A stretch of 64,000 nt of DNA from a virus. Below the pieces are notes generated by a model that made no database searches, had not been told where the DNA came from, and saw nothing but the letters and a program-made list of their open reading frames with translations. The position numbers and the translations under genes are program-made. Numbering within the stretch: the first letter of the stretch is position 1; the number at the start of each line of letters is the position of its first letter. Shown here piece after piece: positions 56,611-64,000 of this stretch. The stretch spans positions 1-64,000 of the IMG/VR virus record IMGVR_UViG_3300026097_001200. One strand, given 5' to 3'.

Positions 56611-58137
56611 ATGAAAAATCATGCATTAATATTCCAAGTTTTTGGCAGGCCCGATGAGTGGTCAGGACGACCACTGGGCGGTCACCGTATTGCTAGCTAT
56701 CTTCGCAATGAACATGATTGGGACATAGAGGTTCTTGATTTTTTCAATCAGTGGACTATCGAAGAGCTACAACAATATGTAGACAGTAGGATAAACAGTC
56801 ATACCAAATTTATTGGATTCAGTTTACTGTTTAGTATATGGCCGGATACAGCAGAACAACTGTGTGCGTATGTTAAAACAAAACACCCTTACATTAAGAT
56901 TCTAACAGGCGGTGCAGTCCACCCGCAGTACAAAAGCAATCTCATTGATTTCTATGTAAAAGGCTTTGGCGAAAAAGCAGTTGAAATACTGTTACAATGG
57001 CTGTTTGGCAACGGGCCTCGGCCTGTGTTTATGTTACTCGATGCAGAAAATAGAAAAGTCATTGATGCCAACGACCAGTATCCAGCTTTTCCAATGCGCA
57101 GTTTGATGATTCAATACGAGGATAGAGACTTTATTACACCCGAGGACACCCTGGGTATTGAGTTCAGTAGAGGCTGCAAGTTTAGCTGTGCATTTTGTAA
57201 TTTTCCTGTGCTAGGAGTTAAAGGTGATTACAGTCGTGATGCAGAAGATGCATACAGACATCTCAAAGAAGCCTATGACAGATTTGGTGTGTGGCACTAT
57301 GCTATTGCAGACGAAACGTTCAATGACGATATTAACAAAATAAGAAAATTTGCTGATGTGGTAGAACGGTTACCGTTTACTCCATGGTTCGACGGCTTTG
57401 TGCGAGCAGATTTACTGTCAAGACCTCATGACAACGAAGAACTTGCACGAATGAATGTGCGAGGTCAATTCTATGGTATTGAATCTTTTAATCATGCATC
57501 TGCAAAAGCAGTTGGCAAGGGCATGCATCCAGACAAAGTCAAACAGATTCTGTTGGATACAAAAAAATACATGGAAAGTGTAGGCACTAAAAACTATAGA
57601 GGCACAATAAGCCTGATCATAGGGCTGCCGCACGAAAGTATTGACAGTGTGCTAGCAACAAAACAATGGTTGTTTGATAATTGGCAAACAGAAAGTTATC
57701 ACGGCTTTGCACTTGAATTAACAGCCGATCCAGGAATAAAGAAAAGTAAAATAAGTGCTGAATATGAACAGTACGGATATAAACTGGTGTCGGAGAATAC
57801 CAAGAACAGTTATCAAGGACGAGATGTTGCAAGAAATGGTGCTAAAATGTCTGACCATATCTTAGAGTGGGAAAATCCATACATGACCTACAATGATGCA
57901 GTGGCGCTAACAGACGAGTTTGCAAGACAAAATCTAACAAATGATTTTAGATGCACAAACTATCATTTATCAGCATTTGGTCATTTAAATGACATAAACA
58001 AAATATTGGCTGTTCCTCGTGGGGTAACAGTAGATCATCCTGATACCTATGGTGCTCACCTGCGTCCTAAGATACAGGAAGAAATGCTACGCCTCCTAAA
58101 TCAATACAAAAGTAAAAAACTTAACTGGATGTCATGA
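56611..58137 (+). CDS. Cobalamin-binding-type radical SAM enzyme
   Basis: IGFS, TGG, GFGE, RGCKFSCAFC, DETFND, GIES, IIGLPHE. Confidence 0.85.
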   Translation: MKNHALIFQVFGRPDEWSGRPLGGHRIASYLRNEHDWDIEVLDFFNQWTIEELQQYVDSRINSHTKFIGFSLLFSIWPDTAEQLCAYVKTKHPYIKILTGGAVHPQYKSNLIDFYVKGFGEKAVEILLQWLFGNGPRPVFMLLDAENRKVIDANDQYPAFPMRSLMIQYEDRDFITPEDTLGIEFSRGCKFSCAFCNFPVLGVKGDYSRDAEDAYRHLKEAYDRFGVWHYAIADETFNDDINKIRKFADVVERLPFTPWFDGFVRADLLSRPHDNEELARMNVRGQFYGIESFNHASAKAVGKGMHPDKVKQILLDTKKYMESVGTKNYRGTISLIIGLPHESIDSVLATKQWLFDNWQTESYHGFALELTADPGIKKSKISAEYEQYGYKLVSENTKNSYQGRDVARNGAKMSDHILEWENPYMTYNDAVALTDEFARQNLTNDFRCTNYHLSAFGHLNDINKILAVPRGVTVDHPDTYGAHLRPKIQEEMLRLLNQYKSKKLNWMS

Positions 58138-58841
58138 TAGTCAAACAACCTTATAATATTCAGCTTTGGAAACAGAACTGGCAACAGTTACCTCAAGCTA
58201 AACAAATAGAAGACAGTACAGATCATTACTGTTGGAGCTATAGAGATCTATCATTTCTCAAGGCCTGGCTCAACGACACTGTGTATATACATTCAAGAGA
58301 ATTTTGCATCAAGCACAATGTTACTGACATGCAAAGTTGGTACTATCTTAGTCACTTAGAAATACAAGATTCTGACACTGCTATAGATATTGGCTGCGGA
58401 TTGCACCCATGGAAGCAATATTTTCCTAACTTGATTGGCATGGACAGCTGGAAGGATATAAATCCCGACATAGTTGATGTCTTTGACAAAGAGTTTTGTT
58501 TAAACAGAACAGAATTATTTGATAAAATTGTTGCAGTTAACAGTATCCATTTTGCTAGTGCATTAGAAATGGCAGATAGAATACAGTGGATTTACAACAT
58601 GTTAAAACCAGGCGGACGAGCATGGATCGGCACCAATCTTGAAACATGGTTGATGTACACCAGCCCGGAAGATTTTCCTATTATGACTCTAGAATCTGCT
58701 GTTTCTTACATTCAATCTATACTTGGAATGTGGCAAGATCTAGCAATTGTAGTTGATTATCAATTGTCTGCAGATAAACACAGCAGTATACGCAACGATC
58801 TCAACGGCAACCTCCACTTGGTATTACAGAAGCCTGTCTAG
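58134..58841 (+). CDS. Class I SAM-dependent methyltransferase
   Basis: IDIGCG, NSIHF, LKPGGR. Confidence 0.75.
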   Translation: MIVKQPYNIQLWKQNWQQLPQAKQIEDSTDHYCWSYRDLSFLKAWLNDTVYIHSREFCIKHNVTDMQSWYYLSHLEIQDSDTAIDIGCGLHPWKQYFPNLIGMDSWKDINPDIVDVFDKEFCLNRTELFDKIVAVNSIHFASALEMADRIQWIYNMLKPGGRAWIGTNLETWLMYTSPEDFPIMTLESAVSYIQSILGMWQDLAIVVDYQLSADKHSSIRNDLNGNLHLVLQKPV

Positions 58842-58873
58842 CGTCTAGGCTAAATATGTAACAGGAGTCACGA

Positions 58874-61309
58874 ATGCCATATATCATTAATAACACTCGC
58901 GGAGAAATTGTTGCTGTCATCCCTGACGGTACTACCGACACAGAAGCTACTAGTTTAAGCCTTGTAGGCAAAAATGTTACACCCTACGGCGAAATTGAAA
59001 CTGAAAATCTTGTAAAACATCTAGAGAATTTTGCTGACACTAACAGCCCAGAAAATCCACTAGAAGGACAAATTTGGTACGACACTTCAGAAGGCTATAT
59101 CAAAACCTACACAGGTGTTCAATGGAAAAATGTCAGCGGATTATATGTAAGTTCTACCGCGCCGAGTGTTGAGCCAAAAGTAGGCGAGTTATGGCTTGAC
59201 ACTGTTAACTTTCAAGTAAAGGTATATGCAGAAACAGACAGAGGACTAGAGTGGATTACCAACAACCGGGTGCCGTTCGTGACCAGCGCACCTGACGCAG
59301 GGCTAGCCGGAGACTTTTACTTTAACGAAACATCGCAACAGCTTTTTATCAGCGACGGTGCCAGTTGGAGTCTTATTGGTCCGCCGGCTGCCACTGGTTT
59401 TCCAGGCACACTGTGGGAGAGTGCTAGTCTAAGAGATCTCAACGGTGATCCCGAGCCGGTTATTCTTGGCAAGGTTAATAACATTGTTGTAGCTGTGGCT
59501 GCCAAAAGAGACTTTATAATTCTACCAGATGATCGTCCCACAGGATTTACGGAATTGGTAAAAGGCATGACCTATGCCAGTGATGCTAGCATACTGGGCA
59601 CACTAGAGCACGGTCTCACTCCTGGCAGTTATATATCCGGCAACGTGTACAATGCCAACAGTGCACAAACTTGGAACATCAATGCAAGTACCAGTAGTGT
59701 AGCAAACACTGTGGTAGCTAGAGACAGCGCAGGAAGTTTCAGTGCAAACATTATTACAGGTAACCTTGCTGGCATTGCCAACAATGTGAACGGAATTGTT
59801 GCTGTTACAAACGGCGGAACAGGCGAAACAGTGTACGGCAACGGACAGTTACTGATCGGCGACGATGGCGGTCTTAGCAAAGGTACCATATCAGGGTCCG
59901 GCTCAATCACAGTAACAAACACCGCTGGTGCTATCTCTATTGGGTACAGTGGAGGTACAGGCAACGGCACTGTGAGCAGTGTGGGTATTAGTGCAGGGCC
60001 AGGCATTTCAGTGTCAGACTCGCCAGTTACTGGATCAGGCAACATCACTGTGAACAATACTGGAGTACTTGCTGTGTCGGCAGGCTCTGGCATTGATGTG
60101 TCCGAAAGCGGCGGTACTGTTACAATCAGTGCCACTGGCAGTGGAGTAACCAGTATTAATGCTGGGTCAGGCATAAGTGTATCACAGAGTACTGGCGACG
60201 TTACTATCAGTGCCACTGGAGGCGGTGGCGGTGGCGACGGTGACATGGTGCTAGCAGATGAACAGACTGTCACAGGACGCAAGACATTTACCGGTTATGA
60301 CAATATTGTAGCAGGTGCATATAGGTTTACCTATCCAGAGGACAATGGGTTTTGGTATGACACCAACAATGGCAACGCTTATATTGCAGTAGCATTTGAA
60401 AACGATACTTCAAGTATTAGATTTTACCGTGATGCTTTTCACACCGACGGGGACTCAGACCTTGGACCGCCTCCTGCACGTGGTAGTATTATCACTGCAG
60501 CAGATTTAGGGCCGGCTGTAAAAGGAGGATCTGCTATTCTTGGTGTTACCCACGCCAGTACGCCAGGATTTGGGGTAGGACTTCGCGGACAGGCAGTGAA
60601 TGCTAATTTTACAGGATGCATGGTACAAAGCGAAATCGGTGCTTTAAAAGGCAAACCATACTTGCATTTCCGCGGTTATAGTGATGCATTTAGTCCGACT
60701 GTAGATGCTGTGTTCACAGTGGACAGCGGCGGTAATGTACGTTTCGACGGTGTTGCAGCTACACCAGCAGGAGACTATGCAGAATTTTTCGAATGGTCTG
60801 ATGGTAACCCTGAAAACCAAGACAGAACGGGCATGTCAGTGGTACTGGAAGGCAACAAGGTTCGCATTGCACAGTCAGACGAAACTCCTGTTGGCATAGT
60901 AAGTGCTGTTCCAGGAGTGCTAGGCGACGCACCAGAACACAGTTGGCAAGGAAAATATCTCAAAGACGACTTTGGACGTCCTGTAATGCAGGAATATACA
61001 ATATATTCTTGGAAGGAAACAGTCAACGGTAGAACACTAGAGCAAACAGCAACCAGTTTAGATGATGTTGAAATTCCCGAAGATGCCGTAGCAACCACGC
61101 ACGACGAAGACGGACGTCCATTCAAGACACCAATGGTAAATCCCGACTACGATCCAGAAGCAGAATACAACCCCCGCAGTGAAAGACCAGAGTGGGCACC
61201 GATTGGCTTGCTGGGCAAATTAAGAATACTCAAGGATCAACCCGTGAACCCTCGCTGGATATACATGCGCAACATCAGTGACACTGTTGCAGAATATCTT
61301 TTGATATAG
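58874..61309 (+). CDS. Tail fibre/spike protein with C-terminal Peptidase_G2 intramolecular chaperone
   Basis: LENFA...P.EGQIWYDT baseplate/fibre repeats, Gly/Ser/Thr shaft repeats, DYAEFFEWSDGNP...RPEWAPIGLLGK; CTAAATA at 58850. Confidence 0.85.
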   Translation: MPYIINNTRGEIVAVIPDGTTDTEATSLSLVGKNVTPYGEIETENLVKHLENFADTNSPENPLEGQIWYDTSEGYIKTYTGVQWKNVSGLYVSSTAPSVEPKVGELWLDTVNFQVKVYAETDRGLEWITNNRVPFVTSAPDAGLAGDFYFNETSQQLFISDGASWSLIGPPAATGFPGTLWESASLRDLNGDPEPVILGKVNNIVVAVAAKRDFIILPDDRPTGFTELVKGMTYASDASILGTLEHGLTPGSYISGNVYNANSAQTWNINASTSSVANTVVARDSAGSFSANIITGNLAGIANNVNGIVAVTNGGTGETVYGNGQLLIGDDGGLSKGTISGSGSITVTNTAGAISIGYSGGTGNGTVSSVGISAGPGISVSDSPVTGSGNITVNNTGVLAVSAGSGIDVSESGGTVTISATGSGVTSINAGSGISVSQSTGDVTISATGGGGGGDGDMVLADEQTVTGRKTFTGYDNIVAGAYRFTYPEDNGFWYDTNNGNAYIAVAFENDTSSIRFYRDAFHTDGDSDLGPPPARGSIITAADLGPAVKGGSAILGVTHASTPGFGVGLRGQAVNANFTGCMVQSEIGALKGKPYLHFRGYSDAFSPTVDAVFTVDSGGNVRFDGVAATPAGDYAEFFEWSDGNPENQDRTGMSVVLEGNKVRIAQSDETPVGIVSAVPGVLGDAPEHSWQGKYLKDDFGRPVMQEYTIYSWKETVNGRTLEQTATSLDDVEIPEDAVATTHDEDGRPFKTPMVNPDYDPEAEYNPRSERPEWAPIGLLGKLRILKDQPVNPRWIYMRNISDTVAEYLLI
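59890..60235 (+). repeat. About 26-aa degenerate shaft repeats (V.S..AG.GI.VS...G.VTISATG)
   Basis: Three to four copies in translation; tacaatcagtgccactgg and tactatcagtgccactgg at DNA level. Confidence 0.7.
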
Positions 61310-61310
61310 G

Positions 61311-61339
61311 TTGACACGTCGGGCGTAATCAACTATTAT
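61311..61339 (+). promoter_or_regulatory. sigma70 promoter
   Basis: TTGACA-N17-TATTAT. Confidence 0.7.
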
Positions 61340-61371
61340 AATAAAACATTCACTAAAAAAGGATACGCCCT

Positions 61372-62472
61372 ATGTCCACTTCTACAGAACATCGCAGTGT
61401 TACCTCTGTAGGTGCACGTAAACTTATTAAAAAATGCTTTGCTAAAAAACGTCCAATCTTTCTCTGGGGTCCTCCAGGAATTGGCAAATCTGAACTTGTC
61501 GAAGGCATTGCCAAAGAATCAAATGGTCTACTATTAGACCTACGGTTAGGGTTAATGGACCCAACAGATGTACGTGGCATGCCCTATTACAACAAAGAAT
61601 CAGGTAAAATGGAGTGGGCTCCTCCTATTGACCTTCCAACTGAAGAACTTGCTAGTCAATATCCAGTGGTAGTGCTGTTCCTTGACGAGATGAACGTTGC
61701 GGCACCTAGTGTGCAAGCCGCGGCATATCAGTTGATTCTCAATCGTCGAATTGGACAGTATACGCTGCCAGACAATGTTGTAGTAGTTGCCGCAGGTAAC
61801 CGTGAAAGCGATAAAGGTGTTACATATCGCATGCCCACTCCGCTTGCCAACCGTTTTGTACACGTTGAAATGCGTGTGGATTATACCAGCTGGTTAGACT
61901 GGGCCACTGAGAAGGCTATTCACAAAGATGTTATTGGTTATATTTCGTTTGCCAAGCAGGATCTCTACGACTTTGATGCAAAAGCCGCTAGTAGAGCATT
62001 TGCTACACCACGGTCTTGGACCTTTGTAAGCGAGCTAATCGAAGACAACGATTTAGACGAGCAAAGCCTAACTGATCTTATTGCAGGCACGGTAGGCGAA
62101 GGACTTGCAGTCAAGTTCATGGCGCACCGTAAGGTTGCAAGTCAAATGCCTAACCCAACTGACATTCTAGCTGGTAAAGTTAAAAACCTGGAAATCAACG
62201 AAATTTCCGCAATGTACAGTTTGGTTATTGCCATGTGTTACGAACTGCGCGAGTCGCTCGACAACGACAAAGTTAACGATAAGCAGTTCCACAAGATGGC
62301 AGATCTTTTCTTCCGCTTTATGATGGATAACTTTGAAACTGAGTTGGTTGTAATGGGTGCACGAACTGCTCTCAACAACTATCAGTTGCCTGTTCAGCCC
62401 ACCAAGCTTAAAAACTTTGACGAGTTTCACGAGCGTTACGGCAAATACATTTTAGCCGCTAACGAATCGTAA
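61372..62472 (+). CDS. MoxR-family AAA+ ATPase
   Basis: GPPGIGKS, LFLDEMN, AAGN, PLANRF, TPRSW. Confidence 0.9.
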   Translation: MSTSTEHRSVTSVGARKLIKKCFAKKRPIFLWGPPGIGKSELVEGIAKESNGLLLDLRLGLMDPTDVRGMPYYNKESGKMEWAPPIDLPTEELASQYPVVVLFLDEMNVAAPSVQAAAYQLILNRRIGQYTLPDNVVVVAAGNRESDKGVTYRMPTPLANRFVHVEMRVDYTSWLDWATEKAIHKDVIGYISFAKQDLYDFDAKAASRAFATPRSWTFVSELIEDNDLDEQSLTDLIAGTVGEGLAVKFMAHRKVASQMPNPTDILAGKVKNLEINEISAMYSLVIAMCYELRESLDNDKVNDKQFHKMADLFFRFMMDNFETELVVMGARTALNNYQLPVQPTKLKNFDEFHERYGKYILAANES

Positions 62473-62478
62473 CCAGGT

Positions 62479-62533
62479 CAGGGCCGGTCTGTTAAATAAC
62501 ATAGGGCGAATGTTAGACCGGCCCTGTTTTTTT
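62479..62533 (+). terminator. Rho-independent terminator
   Basis: CAGGGCCGGTCT/AGACCGGCCCTG 12-bp stem followed by T7. Confidence 0.85.
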
Positions 62534-62543
62534 GGAATAAACA

Positions 62544-63671
62544 ATGATTTACGACATACCGCAAGATTTTGTTGGGACATACGATACCACACAAATAGAC
62601 TTTTCTGCTTGGGCACTAAAAACAATTCAGAAAAAATGGCCTCATGTAACTGATCTATCTACTATCCATGAAGTTTTATCTGTTAAAGAAATTGCACAAG
62701 TAACCAGATATGTACAAGACGAGACTAGTAAATGCACAGAATTTATGTCTATGCTGGATCAATTCTTCGCTGATAATGTTTCTCCTTTACTAGACAACAA
62801 TGACTATCTTGTACAACGCCAGCCTAATCTTAGATTGGTCATTCCGGATCAAGAAATACACGGACAACGCATTAATTTTCACTGCGATGCTATAGTAGGT
62901 GGCGGAAGAGGCAGCATGACTGCATGGATTCCTATCACTGATGCATACGACACCAATTCTCTGTGGATAGCAGACGTAGATATAAGCAGAGAATTGGTTA
63001 CAAATTTTATACAAAAGCAATGGACTGCTGAGAAATTTGATAGTGAATGTTTAAAAGCGGCAAAAAATATTTCGCTACAACCTGGAAAATTTTTATTGTT
63101 TGATCAAGAAAGAGTGCATGGATCTATCAATAACACTACCAATAAAACTCGTCTTAGTTTTGATGCTAGGTTTCTAGTTAAGGGGCAAGAAACTTATAAA
63201 AGAATACCTGGTGGTTATTTTCGTTTACCTGAGGATTATAAAAGAGATCAAACCACTTTACAGGATTATAACCTGCTGGTATATCTTAATCGCAACACTG
63301 AATTTACAAAACACATACCGTTTAACATGCAAAGAGCATTTATAGACTCTTATTCCAGAAAGAAAAATTTATCAAATGTAAGTGTAGATTTTTTGCCACA
63401 ACAGATACACGAAGGAATGTTTTTGCACTGGCTTCCGGGTTTAGAGAATTTTATTCCGTTAAAATTTGATGGAATAATGATGTTGAGTATTTTTGCACTG
63501 CCTGATGACAAGACTCGTAGAGAATTTTTATGTAATCTTGCTGTACAACACAATAAGAAATTATTTTTTGCCAACGAAGAATTATGCATCGAAACAGCAG
63601 AAGATATTGAAAAAATCAATGAATATTATGAATACGCAGTATGGCAAGATGGAGATTTTCCCTGGGAATGA
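62544..63671 (+). CDS. 2OG-Fe(II) dioxygenase fused to a LIC12192-like (sporadic carbohydrate cluster) domain
   Basis: FHCD, WIP.T, HGS..N...TRLSFDAR; C-terminal IPFNMQR...E...DGIMMLSIFALP...FANE. Confidence 0.7.
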   Translation: MIYDIPQDFVGTYDTTQIDFSAWALKTIQKKWPHVTDLSTIHEVLSVKEIAQVTRYVQDETSKCTEFMSMLDQFFADNVSPLLDNNDYLVQRQPNLRLVIPDQEIHGQRINFHCDAIVGGGRGSMTAWIPITDAYDTNSLWIADVDISRELVTNFIQKQWTAEKFDSECLKAAKNISLQPGKFLLFDQERVHGSINNTTNKTRLSFDARFLVKGQETYKRIPGGYFRLPEDYKRDQTTLQDYNLLVYLNRNTEFTKHIPFNMQRAFIDSYSRKKNLSNVSVDFLPQQIHEGMFLHWLPGLENFIPLKFDGIMMLSIFALPDDKTRREFLCNLAVQHNKKLFFANEELCIETAEDIEKINEYYEYAVWQDGDFPWE

Positions 63672-63931
63672 TACTTAATAGTCAAGTAATACACGTTCCC
63701 AAAGAATGGCAAGACTCTTCATTGCCTGCTGTTGAACGTTATTACAACAACAGTGATGATTTATTAAAACAAAATCTTTGGAAAATACGACAAGAGTTTG
63801 GCACCAAAGGCCAACGTTGGTGGTGGAAAACTGTTTTTGTAACCAACGATGAAACAAAGACTTTAGAATGGCATGTAAGGTATATCTTTAAGTGCGCACA
63901 TGATGCTGTGTTATTTCAGCTTAAATATTAA
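63668..63931 (+). CDS. Small hypothetical protein
   Basis: ATGA overlap; EFG..G.RWWW...FQLKY. Confidence 0.55.
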   Translation: MILNSQVIHVPKEWQDSSLPAVERYYNNSDDLLKQNLWKIRQEFGTKGQRWWWKTVFVTNDETKTLEWHVRYIFKCAHDAVLFQLKY

Positions 63932-64000
63932 ACAATATTTAAGAACTATAACAATGAAGTACACTGTGCAACGTCTTGACAAAAGATTCAACTATTTTGA

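Noticed and set aside
59629-60282. 217-aa Pro/Val-rich minus-strand ORF and similar antisense ORFs throughout
   Set aside because: Shadows of codon bias in the + strand genes; no SD or recognisable motifs.
1-64000. CRISPR array, integrase or IS element
   Set aside because: No regularly spaced identical repeats or transposase/integrase motifs seen by eye; the TnsA-fold gene at 51100 matches T4 gp4 head completion protein.
1-64000. Alternative genetic code (stop codon reassignment)
   Set aside because: Known genes are full length in the standard code and end in TAA, TAG and TGA; tRNA-Trp has a normal CCA anticodon.

Overview
A gene-dense 64-kb segment of a large T4-like (jumbo/myovirus-type) dsDNA bacteriophage genome, mostly on the + strand with a minus-strand island at about 40.4-45.7 kb. 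Core phage genes: family B DNA polymerase, sliding clamp, RNase H/flap nuclease, DsbA-like protein, gp4-like head completion nuclease, tail fibre with a Peptidase_G2 chaperone, MoxR ATPase, ClpP and three tRNAs (Trp, Asn, Cys). Both sigma70-type TTGAC-N17-TANNNT promoters and T4-late-like (C/A)TAAATA motifs recur. The centrepiece (14.8-33 kb) is a 7-deazaguanine DNA-modification locus: dpdA/TGT-like, folE, queD, queE and a QueD paralogue with the LxxxHRHxF (DpdL-type decarboxylase) motif, with no queC/queF in this window. It is interleaved with two glycosyltransferases, two nucleotide-sugar epimerases, a PLP aminotransferase, a methyltransferase, a purine phosphoribosyltransferase, a B12-radical SAM enzyme and MetK. 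Directly upstream of queD is a compact RNA element resembling a variant preQ1-I riboswitch, and folE and polB also have structured leaders. The rest of the window carries an unusually large set of tailoring enzymes (7 radical SAM, 3 2OG-Fe(II) oxygenases, 5 SGNH-like, 3 adenylate-forming, a sulfotransferase) and two orphan solute-binding proteins. All calls come from motif recognition by eye; no database searches or folding programs were run.
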